The notes: generated by a model not told the origin, from the sequence alone. 64,000 nt of DNA from Octopus bimaculoides (GCF_001194135.2 NC_068981.1:71948068-72012067), one strand, 5' to 3'; shown: positions 12,824-25,676, numbered from the stretch's first letter. Made by a program: numbers and translations.

Positions 12824-12849
12824 ATAAATGTATGCATGTTTATATACAT

Positions 12850-13364
12850 GTGTGTGCATGATGTAGTGTGCTAGAGAGAAGACTGCACTGGTACAGCCAT
12901 GTAATGCACGTCAGTGATGACAGTTGCAAAAAGAGGTGCTGATCCCTAATTGTAGAGGGAACATGTGGAAGGGGTAGACCCAGGAAGAAGTGGGAGGAAG
13001 TGGTGAGAAAGGTGTTGGGACTCACAGAGGGGATGACGGGACCGAGACTCCTAGTTGTTTGCTGTGCTTGAAAAGACATATCAAGCTAAGTAAAAGTATG
13101 GTTGTTCTCCAGCTGAGCATCTCTACTTTTGCAGTCTCATAGGTGCTGGTGCCACATAAAAAGCACCCATGCCAGTGCTGCATAAAAGCATCCCATACAC
13201 TCTGTAAAGTGATTGGTATTAGGAAGGGCATCTAGCCATAAAGACCATGCCAAAACGGATATAGAGTCTGAACAGACTTTCAGCTGGTCAGCTCCTGTCA
13301 AACCATCCAACTCATGCCAACATGGAAAATGGACATTAAATGATGATGATGATGATGATGATGA

Positions 13365-13368
<4 letters not shown>
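12850..13368 (+). mobile_element. 5'-truncated RTE-like LINE 3' end with (GAT)n tail
   Basis: ERRLHWYSHVMHV...VEGTCGRGRPRKKWEEVVRK, then family C 3' UTR and (GAT)n. Confidence 0.85.

Positions 13369-13455
<87 letters not shown>
13369..13455. repeat. (TA)n microsatellite
   Basis: Direct reading. Confidence 0.97.
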
Positions 13456-13461
<6 letters not shown>

Positions 13462-13705
13462 CACACACGTATGTATATATACAAAGTATGGAGGTTTAGT
13501 TCAAAGGTGATCTAAACAATTAGGTACGCCAGGTAGGTCCTGTAATGGATTACTAGGACACCAAGGTTATTGCCGAGATGGTAGTTATGGAGCCATTGCA
13601 GATTTCTGATGCAGCAGATATATAATTGTTAAAGAGGACAACAAATGTTAAGGTAAGACAAACATCTCAAGTCATATACATTATTATTATTGGAAAAACT
13701 TCAAA

Positions 13706-13761
13706 GTCTTACGACTGTTTTTGGGATATTCTAGAGTATGGGATATTCCACCATCAGAGAC
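13706..13761 (-). ncRNA. Degenerate minimal hammerhead ribozyme
   Basis: GTCT CTGATGG TGGAATAT..ATATCCCA AAAAC agtc GTA AGAC. Stems I-III are retained, with core changes A9G and G12A. Confidence 0.5.
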
Positions 13762-14143
13762 AAGTAAGGAAAAATAGGGAAAATGAGAAGGGTGTATATA
13801 AATGAAATGACAACATAGAGGAAGGGAGTAAAGGAATAAGGAGATAAAGAGAGAAAAGAAAAAAAGAAGCATAAAAATTCGTAGTTCAACTTTCCGATGT
13901 TGTAGAAACAAGGACAGGTGCAATCTTGTGTAGATCCATGTGGGTTAAAATCCTGATATTGTAAACATCCATAGAAAAATGACGCAAACATATCAATGTT
14001 CAATAATAGAATGATAGCGGAGGTGGCTATTAAGTGGTAAAAGGAAAGAAAAGTAAACAAATAGAAAGTGTTGTATTGATGCCCCCAGGCGAAGAAGTAG
14101 GATCTCCCAAGACATATAAATAGAGGTAGTCTGGCCGTGGTAG

Positions 14144-14207
14144 GAGTGTTGAGTAGCAGTCGAGTGTTGAGTAGCAGTCGAGTGTTGAGTAGCAGTCGAG
14201 TAGCAGT
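14144..14207. repeat. 18-bp tandem repeat, 3 copies plus partial (GAGTGTTGAGTAGCAGTC)
   Basis: Direct reading. Confidence 0.95.
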
Positions 14208-15380
14208 TGTGTAGCGGTTGAGTAGAGATCATCCGAAGGTGCTAGATAGCAGTAGTTTGAGACATAACAGAAAGAGAGATAGATAGAGTGAGGTGGTGGT
14301 GGTTAAAGATTGGCTTTAGGATAAAGTAAGATATATAAGCATAGAGTGTCAAAGAATATTGTGTATAAGGGTAGCTGAGAAGATAAGAGAGACGATGAGG
14401 AGGTAGAGGAAGATAGTGTAAAAAAATAAACGAAATAGAGCAAAATGAAATTAATTTAAAGAGACTAGTAGGTATCGGTGGTAGTCTCCTTATCAATAGG
14501 GGTTAGGGAGGAAATCTAGTAGTAAATGCTTGTGTCCATTCTGGCTAAGGTCAGTGGCTGTAGAGGTATTTTTTGTTATTTTTAGCAATGGGGTTATGGG
14601 TGTATGTTAAATTATTTAGGAGTGGGAGTCAGAATTAGATATTATGGGATTTATTGGGTTAAGGTTTAAAAATAAATTAAGGATTAATTAAAGAATTAAT
14701 ATTTATCTCATAAAGTGATGAGGTAAGGTAGATAGAAGAGATGAGATAGATATAAGAGATAAAGAGATATAGGAGAGATAGAAGAGATATAGAGGAGTAT
14801 GTGTCAATGATCATAGGGGTTTGTATGTGGGTACTGTTCGTCGGGGTGGTGAACATACATTTAGATTTATGAAAGAATTTAAAAGTGTGGAAGAATTTGT
14901 GCATACATGTAGTGAAGGCTTCATTGTGTTTATCAAACAATTTTGGTGAGTTATGGATTAAAATTTTGAGGGCTTCTTTTAAGCAGAGTCCACAAATGGA
15001 GTGCTGGCTCTGATATAGGATACCTGAGTCTATTATAGCCCAAGAAAATTTATATTGTATTTTTCTATTAATTAGATGTTGTATGTGGCTGGCCAGTGAT
15101 GTGGAATTGCTATTCTCTTTATGTTTAAATGTGCATAATATCTTTGTTTAAAATTGTGGTAGATTCAATGTGGTAGCTATAGGAGTTATTTACAACATTG
15201 TGAATGGGGCATTCGTATATGACGTTGAATCTTCTAAAATGACATTGCAGTGGGCAGTCTGTCTTGGATCTGAAGTTGCAGTTATCAATTCTATGATGGT
15301 TAAATATATATACACACACATACACTCGTAGGTATATATCTATATATCACACATATGTATGTATGTATCTATCTATATAT

Positions 15381-16700
15381 ATCATCATCATCATCATCAT
15401 TTAACGTCCGTTGTCTATGCTGGCATGGGTTGGACAGTCTGACCGGGTCTAGCAAGCTGGGAGGCTGCACCAGACTCCAATCTGATTTGGTATGGTTTCT
15501 GCAGCCTGGTGCCCTTCGTAACACCAACCACTCCAAGAGTGTAATGGGTACTTTTACATGCCACCAGTATTGGCACCATTTGCATGACACTGGTATCTGC
15601 CATGATTGTGATTTTGCTCGGCTTGATGGGTCCTCTTCTCAAGCATGACATAATGCCAAAGGTCTTGTTCATTGCCTCCATGAAGCCCAACACTTGAAAG
15701 GAGCTCAGTCACTTTGCTTCTGTGAGGCCCATCACTCAAAAGGTACGTTTTATGTGCCACAGGCATGGGTGCTAGTTACATGACACTACAATTTCACTTG
15801 GCTTGACAGGTCTTCTGAAGCACAGCATATTGCCAAAGGTCTCAGTTACTAGTCATTGCCTCTGTAAGGTCCATAGTTCAAAGATTATGCTTCACCACCT
15901 CGTCCCATGTCTTCCTGGGTCTACCTCTACCATAAGTTCCCTCCACAGTTAGAGATCAGCACTTCTTTACACAGCTAAGCTCATCCATATGCATCACATG
16001 ACCATACCAGTGCAATTGTTGCTCTTGCACACCACATCTGATGCCTCTTATCCTAATTTTTCTCTCAAGATGCATACACTCTGTTAAACATTCACACAGA
16101 CATTGTACATCCACTGTAGCATACAGGCTCAATTTCTTTTAAGACTATGCATGTCCTCTGCTGTCACAGCCTGTGTTTCACTGCCATGTAGCATGACTGT
16201 CTGCACACAGGCATCATACAGTCTGCCTCTCACTCTAAGGGAGAGACCCTTTGTTGCTGGTAGAGGTAGGAGCTCTTTGAACTTTGCTCAGCTTAATCTT
16301 ATTCTCACAGCTATGCTCTCAGAGTGTCCACCTCCACTACTAACTCAGTCACCTAAGTAATGGAAGCTATCTACTACCTCTAGCTCACCTCACTGGCAGT
16401 TGATGGAATCTATTTTCTGTACATTTTCGGTGTTTATTGTACCTGTGCATCTTCCACATACAAAAGCTATTTTCATTAACTTTCCTCTGTTAGCTTTCCT
16501 CTGCACCTTTTATGTGTCCAAAGCTTACATTGAGTGCATCTTATGGAGTTTCTATCTACACCTTTTCTACAGATTGAGCAGGGCCATCTACCTGGGATTT
16601 GTGATTTGTCTGCCTTCCTACTTACTAAGACTTTGGTTTTAGCTCGGTTAACTCTGAGGCTTTTTGATTCTAGACCTTGCTTCCATACCTGGAACTTCTT
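15381..16700 (-). mobile_element. RTE/RTE-X-like LINE, 3' 1.3 kb, degenerate, with PHD-like finger
   Basis: KFQVWKQGLESKSLRVNRAKTKVL, PHD-like Cys cluster, VDSFHYLGD, KGLSLRVRGRLYDACVQTVMLHGSET, LHWYGHVMHM, GRGRPRKTWDEVV, family C UTR and (GAT)n tail. Confidence 0.9.
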
Positions 16701-17244
16701 GTCTTTGACTCTGGGCTATAGTCACACAATGGGACTGAACTCAAAACCATGTGGTTGCAAATGTGTTTATTAACCACACAGCCATGCCTATGCTTATGTT
16801 AAAAATATTTGGAAACAACATGAAAGAAAGAATGCTGATGTTCTGGAGAAAATACTTGACAGAATACCAGCTTCGATAAATGAAATTAAGAAGTTAAAAG
16901 AACCAATAAAGATGGAATAAACTGAGGGTGAAGAAACTAAATATCTAGTTTATTATCTTATTAACAATTGGATTTTTTATGGCAATAAATTTTACTATTC
17001 TCTATGAATATACACTCTATTCCAGAACAAGAAATAATATTATCAACTTAAAATACTTTAGAATTGAAGAAATGCTAGACTTTTGATATGCATCCAAGAT
17101 AGATATCCAATGAGTAGTTTATTCCTAGCAGACATGGAGTTTCTAACTTGTGTATAAGTACACGGAAGTAATTCCTGATGGAATCAGAAGCAGATGTTAT
17201 GGATAAGCAGAGATAATAATTGTAGAAGGTAGCCAAGTGTATGT

Positions 17245-17247
<3 letters not shown>

Positions 17248-17328
<81 letters not shown>
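17248..17328. repeat. (TA)n microsatellite
   Basis: Direct reading. Confidence 0.97.
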
Positions 17329-17331
<3 letters not shown>

Positions 17332-17819
17332 TGTGTGTGTATATGAAGAATTAATTGTTTATTTCAAGGAGTTAAAAGGAGTTATAGTGTAGACAAATAG
17401 AGAGAGAAACAGAGAAGAGGAGAAGAAAGAGAGGAAGCGAGAGAAGAAGAGAGAAAGAGTGGAAGGGAGGGAGAGAGAGAGGGAGCAAGTGTGTGAGAGA
17501 GAGAAATAGAAAGGGGAAGAGAAGGTGAGACAGGAGAAGTGGGCACTTTCTATTTCAAGAAATTTGCTGGCATCGCTTTCAGCAATTCAGCCAATTCTTA
17601 TTTTTTTAAAAATCTTTATTATTTTTCTTTTTTTATATATGAAGAACTCTACACACTTGATACACCTATGCTTATGAACATATCATAACATATTTTTCTA
17701 TTCACTTCTATTCACTTAATCATGTATAAATTTCTGCACTAAAAACCATTAAGAGTATATAAATGGTCAGTTAAATGAGTTAAAATTATTTTATGTTATT
17801 AATATTTTCCAGTTTCTTT

Positions 17820-18250
17820 AGCATGCCAAGCAAAATGCTAAGCAGTATTTTGTCTGTCTTTCTGTTCTGAATTCAAATTCTGCTGAGGTTGACTTTGTCT
17901 TTCAGCCTTCTGGTTTCAATAAAATAAGTACCAGTTTAACATTGGGGGCCCAATGTAATTTACTTAAACTCTTCCCTGAAATTGCAGGAATTGTGCCAAA
18001 ATTTGAAAGCAATATTTTTCAATTTCTTGAAAAATAATCGGTGAGCTGGTTGAATCGTTAGTGAGTCAGACAACATGCTTAGTGGAATTTCTTCTGCTCT
18101 GGGTTCAAATTCTGCTGAAATCGACTTTGCCTTTCATCTATTTTGGTGTTGATAAAATAAGTACCAAATGAACACTGGAGTCAATGCAATCATCTTACCC
18201 ACTCCGTCAAAATTGCTTGTCTTGTGCCAAAATTTGATACCGATATTTTT
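17820..18250 (+). mobile_element. Two tandem SINE family B copies
   Basis: Two successive GACTTTG(T/C)CTTTCA...AATAAGTACCA...TGTGCCAAAATTTGA units. Confidence 0.8.
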
Positions 18251-18286
18251 CAATTTCTTGTGACAATGATGGTACAGAGGCTAGAC

Positions 18287-18635
18287 CAGTGGTTTTCAAC
18301 CAGGGTTCATATAACCCCTGAGGGTCCATATAAGATTTTTGGGGGTCCACACAACAAAGTAGTAATTTTGGGATCTACAATAGTATTTCAAGGGGCCGTG
18401 AAAAAATGTTGCTTTAGATGTATGTATTGGTATGTATTGTAAGAAACAGCTTGGTTTCTTTCTCTAACATTTTACATAGCTCAATCTACATAAATTAATG
18501 TGTGACAAACAAAATAGGAATTTTGAAAGAAGTTCCTATAAAACTAGTTTATAAATATCGAATGGTTAAGGGGATCCACCAGAACAGAATAATAATCAAA
18601 GGGTTCCATTGGTAAAAAATGGTTGAGAACCCCTG
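18287..18635. mobile_element. hAT (Charlie-like) MITE
   Basis: TIRs CAGTGGTTTTCAACC / GGTTGAGAACCCCTG. Flanking 8-mers GGCTAGAC / GACTGGAT match at 5 of 8, all differences transitions. Confidence 0.75.
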
Positions 18636-18954
18636 GACTGGATAATAGAATTAGATACCTTATATTATCCTCTATGATATTTCCTATTTCTGATTCCAAA
18701 CCCCATTGATATTGACTTTGTTTCATTCTTCCAGGGCTCATAAAATAAAATGGAATTTGATCATTGGTTATACTCATGAAAATCAAACAGAAAATCAACA
18801 TTCTAAAAAAAATATATTTTTTGGGTTTGTTAAGAAATCATGGAAATTATGTTGTTATTGTTGTTTAATGGATTAAACATCTTTTGATAGTCAGTCATAC
18901 TTCTATGACAGTCAGGTGTTATTTGAGAGCGAATTCATTCCGTTACTAATTACA

Positions 18955-19235
18955 AAGGCTTAAACAAACCAACACCGAATGTCAAACAGTGGTGAGGAAC
19001 AAACACAATACAAAGACTCACACATAGATATGTATATGCACAGATGCACACACACACATGTATATACTTATAAGACAGGCTTCTTTCAGTTTCCATCCAT
19101 CACATCCACTCACAAAGCTTTGGTTGGCCTGGAGCTATAGTAGAAGATACTTGCCGGAGGTGCCACAAAATGAAACTGAACCCAAAACCTCATGGTCAGG
19201 AAGCAAACTTCTTACCTACATAACACACCTGCATC
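18955..19235 (-). mobile_element. SINE family A, partial
   Basis: CTTCTTTCAGTTTCC...CACTCACAAAGCTTTGG...ACTGAACCC block. Confidence 0.8.
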
Positions 19236-19609
19236 TGTGGAGTATCTCTCCATTAAAAAAAAACCAACTTTATGGTGCTTCCTCTGTATGTAAGGTAATA
19301 CTCTAAAGAAAAATTTGGAAAGTAATCTAGAAGTTGTTTAAGGAGTTGTTGAGTTTGTTTCTGTAAAATAGTCTTTGTCAAATATTTTTTAATTAGCTTA
19401 GGATACAAGCATAACCAATCAGCCCTTCAAACCACTTCTTCGAACAGGATTGCAATCTTGAGTCTTTGGTGTCAATTGTGTCATAAGATATACTCCTGAA
19501 AGATGAGGCTATATTTTAAAGATGAAAGAAATTTATCTTTTTTAAAGTGATTTTGCTGCCATCTTTCATTCCCTATGTGGCTCAGACTATACAGGCTTGA
19601 GTAAAAACA

Positions 19610-19860
19610 AAAAGATTAAAGTTACCTTCTCAAGTCATGCCAACTCATAAGGGCCAGTTTCATGGGATATAAATGACCTACCTGGATGGGACACCAGTCT
19701 GTTGCAGATTGCTAATTTTTGCCAGCTGAGTGGACTGGAGCAGCGTGAAAATGAAGTGTTTTGTTCAGGAACACAATGTGCTGCCCAGTCCAGGAATCGA
19801 AACTACAATTTCATGATCATGAGTCCAACACCCTAACCACTAAGTCATGCACCTCCACAT
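19610..19860 (-). mobile_element. tRNA/CORE-like SINE (family E-like head, different tail)
   Basis: Minus strand TGACTTAGTGG, GTTTCGATTCC, GTGTTCCTGAACAAAACACTT, CTCCAGTCCACTCAGCTG, then ACTGGTGTCCCATCCAGG. Confidence 0.75.
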
Positions 19861-21214
19861 ACAGGTTTGAGTAGCAAGTACAATGTGTTTATATGAGTCA
19901 GATCCTGGTTGCAAGAATGAAGTGTTTCTAATTTAACATGAATATCAAGATACAGAAATAGGTAGCCAAGCGTTTTGTGTAGTGCCATTAACAATCCTTA
20001 TCAAAAGCAATATGACTGTGTGACAAGGCTTGGCCTTCATATAACAGATATTTTAAGGGCACACGGTTGGGTATTTAAGACATTTATAGCCTGCACCCAT
20101 ATATATATATGGGTGCAGGCATTGTCATGTGGTTCTGTCTTCAACTGCACCCTATCTTCTCTCATAGTTTTGAATCAACCAAACCTTGTGAGTGAAATTT
20201 GATACACAAAAACTGTGAGAAGAATATCATGTGTGTGTGTGCCTACACACACACACACACCATCCAACCCATGCCACCATGGAACATGGATGTTAAATAA
20301 TAATGATGATGATATATAGGTATATGAACAGAGTAACTCAGAAGTCACTTCAGCATTTGAATGACTTATAACATTTTTTTAATTTTCTTACAGTTTTGAA
20401 TTTAATTTACTTTTTGCTATTTCATTACGAGTATCTTTTGATGTTATGTGTGTGTGCGTGTGTGTGTGTATGTGTGTGTGATGAGTGCCTCATTTTGTCA
20501 GATGATAGTCATCTCACACTCAGCCTGACTTCTGATTTATTTTCATTCTTGTATGTGCACAAATATGCTGCACACACCACAACACATCCATTGAAATAAG
20601 ACTTAATAAAATACAAAGTGAATCAAGAAATGCAATGATAATGAGAATTTGTATGTCATTAGATTTAAATGACAAAAGCCTGTACAGAATTTCTGCCACT
20701 CTCTCAGTCACCATAATGGGTTCCAGTGACAAGTATTGCAAGATGACTGATGACTACTATTTTGACTGCAAGTTTTGTGTTAGAGTATCTTTCTCCTAGA
20801 AGAGCTGCTTTCCCCTGCCTTTGTCAAAAACAACAGGATCATCTCTAGCCCTGGGAAATCTGTTCAGCCCTTTAGCATTTAAACCAGCCATAACTGGCCC
20901 AAATATTGTTTCACGTTTAAAATGGCCAAATCTGGCCCCTCACACCTACCCTACATTGTCATTCTAAAAATAAACAATCACATCTTGAAGTTACAAGATA
21001 ATGCATGATTAATTTAAAACAACATGAATGAATAAGAATTACATTTAGCATATATATCATTATCACCATTTAACATCCGTTTTCTGTGCAGGCATGTGTT
21101 GGATGGTTTGACAGGATCCAATGAGCTACAGAACTTCACAACATAGAAAATACGTTTCATGAATACAAATATTAATAATCAATATAATGAATTCATAATG
21201 TAATAATAACAGTT

Positions 21215-21414
21215 CTTTCAACAAGTGGCACAAGGGCTGAAACTTCATGAAGTGGGGGGTTAGTCAGTTACATTGACCCTAGTATTTCACCAGTACTTAT
21301 TTTATTTGACCCCTAAAGGATGAAAGGCGAAACTGATCTCAGAATGTAAAAACAAATGAAATGCTGCTAAGCATTTTGTCTGGCATGCTAATGATTCTGC
21401 CAGCTTGCTGCCTT

Positions 21415-21474
<60 letters not shown>

Positions 21475-21812
21475 CATAATAATCATGGTTTCAAATTTTA
21501 GCACAAAGCTGGCAATTTCAGGAGAAAGAGTAAGTCAGTCACTCTGACCCCAGTACTCAACCGGTACTTACTTTATTGACCCTAAAAGGATACAAGGCAA
21601 AGTCAACCTTGGCAGAATTTGAACTCAGAATGTAAAAACAGAAGAAATGTAGCTAAAGCATGCTAGCGATTCTGTCAGTTCACAATAATAAAGGTTTCAA
21701 ATTTTGGCACAAGACCAGCAATTTCGGGGGTGGGATAAGTTGATTACATCAACCCCAGTAGTCAACTGGTACTTATTTCATCGACCCCCAAAGGATGAAA
21801 GACAAAGTTGAC
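21215..21812 (-). mobile_element. Three SINE family B copies separated by (AAT)n
   Basis: Copies at about 21215-21415, 21485-21690 and 21691-21812, all on the minus strand. Confidence 0.8.
21416..21485. repeat. (AAT)n microsatellite
   Basis: Direct reading. Confidence 0.97.
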
Positions 21813-21835
21813 AATAATAATAATGATAATAAGGC

Positions 21836-22048
21836 AAATGACTGAAGGATATTGAAATAGAATGCCTGGTAGAGCTCCTACAAAAAGTTTGTCTCTTAGG
21901 AACAGCAAGGATTATCAGGAGGGTTCTAAGCACTTGAAAGACTGCTGAAAACTTGTGGATACCTAAGGTTACAGTTAGTAATCGGGTACCCACATAAATC
22001 CTACCAGGAATAAGACCAAACCTGAGCCAAACCAAAATAATTACAATT
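21836..22048 (+). mobile_element. R4/Dong-like (RLE) LINE extreme 3' end, copy 1
   Basis: LKDIEIECLVELLQKVCLLGTARIIRRVLST* plus a 3' UTR nearly identical to copy 2. Confidence 0.8.
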
Positions 22049-22050
22049 AG

Positions 22051-22452
22051 TAAGTGAAGTTTCTTGCTAATCGACCCATCATGCCCATTTGATTCCAGGA
22101 TCATAAAGAAAGAAGACGAAATACAAAATAAATGCAATCCCTTAAAATTTAAAATAGGAAGAATTTGGAGTATGAAAACTGTAAAGGTTGTGCCTATAAT
22201 AATTGGTGCATTGGGAATAGTAAGCAAAGATATACACAAATGGCTGAAGGAGATTGGAATGGAATGTTGTGTAGAGCTCCTACAGAAAGTTTGTCTCTTT
22301 GGAACAGCAAGGATTATCAGGAGGGTTCTAAGCACTTGAAAGACTACTGGAAACTTGTGGATACCCAAGGTTACAGGTAATAACCTGCTACCCACATAAA
22401 TCCAACCAGGAATAAGACTGAACCTAAGTCAAACCAAAATAAAAATAAGAAG
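22051..22452 (+). mobile_element. R4/Dong-like (RLE) LINE 3' end, copy 2
   Basis: LIDPSCPFDSRIIKKEDE...VVPIIIGALG...LLQKVCLFGTARIIRRVLST, the C-terminus of a restriction-like endonuclease domain. Confidence 0.85.
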
Positions 22453-22454
22453 AA

Positions 22455-23330
22455 TGAGAAGGAGATCAGTGACAATGGTGAAACCCTCCAATTATACAAT
22501 ATGAAGACTAATAAAGAAAAGATAATCAACTGGAAAGAGGTCCTATATGGAGAGTCTTTCCAGCAAAACATTGGAGGAAGTTGATGAAGAATTTTGGAGA
22601 TGGTTAAGACATTGTTTTTTTAAAGAAAGAGACAAAAGGACTGATTCTTGATGTTCAAGAACAAACTTTATGAACCAACTCAATTGAGTGTAGCATTGAT
22701 AAGACAGTAATAACACCTTTGTGTAGACAACATGAAAAATCACCTGAGACAGTTAGACATAATTAGTGGATGCTCAAAACTGGCTCAAAAGGAGTACGAA
22801 AAGTGGCAGTGCAAATACACTGGGAATTGTGCAAGTATGGGTTAGAATGTTCCAACAAGTGGTATGTGTACCAACCTTTGCCAGTAGCAGAGAATTATCA
22901 GTTGGAACTCACATAGGATATGCCAATCTACACAAATAAGAGGCTGCAACATAACCAACCAGATATCACTCTTCTTTGGAAGGAGTCCAAAGAATGGACC
23001 TTCATCAATATAGCTATACCTGCAAACCAGAATACTGTGAAGACTGAGGAGGGGAAAGTCAGGAAGTACACAAGACCTAGTATTGAAGTGGAATGCATCC
23101 ATAAAGCTTCAAAAGTGAGTGTGGTACCTATTGTAATTGGTGCACTTGGGACCATCTCAAAGAAAGCAATATTCTGGCATCAAAAGCTGCAAATACCAAA
23201 CTTCATAGGACGTACTCTGTTGGCAGCAATACTTGGAGCAGTTCAGGTGTTGCATCTTTAAGCTGCGGGATGGAGCTGAGATGTGACATAGATAACCCAG
23301 GAGAAGTTAGGATAAAGAAAATGATTATAT
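22455..23330 (+). mobile_element. Second R4/Dong-like family 3' fragment (CCHC + RLE)
   Basis: KKETKGLILDVQEQTL, PLCRQH...HIISGCSKLAQKEY, HNQPDITL..FINIAIP..VVPIVIGALG. Ends in AAT repeats. Confidence 0.85.
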
Positions 23331-23339
23331 TAATAATAA

Positions 23340-23554
23340 TGGTTTCAAATTTTGGCATAGGGCCAACAGTTTATGTGGGGAGAAGAATGTCGATTACATT
23401 GACCTCAGTATTTGAGTAGTATTCATTTTTATTGATTCCAAATGGATGAAAGACAAAGCTGACCTCAGCAAAGATTGAACCCAGAACATAAAGACAGATG
23501 AAATGCCACTAAGTATTTTGGCTGGTGGGCTAACAGGCCTGCCAGCTCATCACC

Positions 23555-23617
<63 letters not shown>

Positions 23618-23825
23618 TTCCTTTTTATTATAGGTACAAAAGGCTCTGAAGTTTTAGGGGAGGGGACTAGTCAATTACATCAACCCCAGAAGGTACTGGT
23701 ACTTAATTTATCAACCCCAAAAGGATGAAAGGCAAAGTTGACTTTAGCAGAATTTGAACTCAGAATGTAGCGACGGGCGAAATACCGCTAAGCATTTCGT
23801 CCAGCATGCTAAAGATTCTGCCAAA
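23340..23825 (-). mobile_element. Two SINE family B copies flanking (AAT)n
   Basis: Copies at about 23340-23555 and 23620-23825. (AAT)n at 23556-23616 and 23826-23877. Confidence 0.8.
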
Positions 23826-24129
23826 TAATAATAATAATAATAATAATAATTATAATAATAATAATAATAATAATAATTTTATACACACACACACACATAC
23901 ACATAGATGTATGTATGTATACAATTTTCTAAATACCTATCTGCATTTCTTCAGACAATGTCTCAGACATTGACTGAAAAATTGCACATGGGTACATATA
24001 TATGTTTTTGTGTGTGTGTCTTTGTGTCTGCATTTGTGCACCACTGTTCGACAGCTTTCGTTCATGCCCCTGCAATTTAGCAGTTCCGCAAATGAGACTG
24101 ATAGAATGACTATCAAACTTAAAAACAAA

Positions 24130-24668
24130 TACTAGTTACTTTTACTTTACTTTACTTTACTTACTTGTTTCAGTCATTTGACTGCGACCATGCAAATTGA
24201 CCCCAGGGCTTATTCTTTGTAAGCCTAGTACTTATTCTATCAGTCTCTTTTTGCCAAACCGCTAAGTTACGGGGACGTAAACACACCAGCATCGGTTGTC
24301 AAGCGATATTGGGGGGACAAACACAGACTAAAAATGTACCTTAATCCCCTGAGATTGCAGATACTATTTCTGAATCTCTTTGATTCTTTAAATGTGCTAG
24401 CCTCCTGGTAATTAATCGATATTAATTAATATATGATTAATTACCATCTTTTATAANNNNNNNNNNNNNNNNNNNNNNNNNNNNNNNNNNNNTATATATA
24501 CATATATACGACGGGCTTCTTTCAGTTTCCGTCTACCAAATCCACTCACAAGGCTTTGGTTGGCCCGAGGCTATAGTAGAAGACACTTGCCCAAGGTGCC
24601 ATGCAGTGGGACTGAACCCGGAACCATGTGGTTGGTAAGCAAGCTACTTACCACACAGCCACTCCTGT
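24130..24668 (-). mobile_element. SINE family A tail and head segments spanning a gap
   Basis: Tail at 24130-24330 and a low-divergence head at 24505-24668. Confidence 0.8.
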
Positions 24669-25676
24669 TGATTTTGACTAATTAAATCCTTCAGAGCAGT
24701 GCCTTAACACAGCTACAGTTCGACGACTGATACAAGTAACAGTATGAATGAATAAGAGAATATTTATACATCATCATCGTTGCTACCATCATTTCACATC
24801 TGATTTTTCCATACTGGCATGATGGACAAGTCTACTAACTTTGATTTCCTTTATCATGGACTTTTGTCATCTGGCACATATAACAGAAAAAATTTAGTCA
24901 ACCTTGTGGAATTTAGAAACTGCTTTGCAGCTTGGATTGAGTGCATTTCAAAACACAACCTGCACTAAAGAGGTTATCATTATAAAACTTGAAGAGACCC
25001 TCTCTATTGTTCATTATCACTGTTCTATTGTTCATTGGTCCTAGGTAAATTGTCATAGATTGGAAAAAAAAACTCCTTCTTTCCATTGTGTCTGCTAATT
25101 TGTTCCTTTCTGTTTTTCATGGCTGCATGCACTTCCTATAACAGATCATTTTACACTGTGAAGAGGGTGTATTATTAAGTAAACTGTCAGCAACTGGATT
25201 AAAGTGATCCTTCTGTTTTGTATTAGACTTTTGTATTACTACTCATAAGTTAGGCAGGGTGTCCAACATTTTATGATGGTTACCATCATTTTAACTGTGA
25301 TCTCATGTATCTCCATGTTGTACAGAGGAGTTTAACTACCAAAAGGTTCATAGCAGCTGCTTAAGACCATTGGGTATAAAAGTTGTCTATTCTGTAGGGA
25401 AGTGGGGGTAACAAGTTTTAAATGGGGTAATAGAAAGTGAAGCTGTCTCCATGGTGCTTAACCTGATAGTCTAAAAGTTTGAATATACTTGTGGGGATGG
25501 AGATGGCAGGGTATGGATACTCAACCTTGCAACATAACTTTTGTTAGGCATTCATACATACACACATACACACATATATACATACGTACATACATACATA
25601 CATACATACATACATACATACATACATACATGCATACATACATACATACATATATGCATACATACACACACACACT

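Larger units (their letters stand above)
13681..15303 (-). mobile_element. Penelope-like element 3' fragment (GIY-YIG, possibly Naiad-type) with long 3' region
   Basis: 14864-15303 encodes CNFRSKTDCPLQ..NVIYEC..SYHIEST and ICGLCLKEALKIL...FDKHNEAFTTCMHKF. Ends with a degenerate HHR and (AAT)n. Confidence 0.75.

Noticed and set aside
24870-25420. Faint LINE-like words (VRQG) in unique-looking sequence; similar weak signal at about 26030-26370
   Set aside because: Too degenerate to assign by eye.
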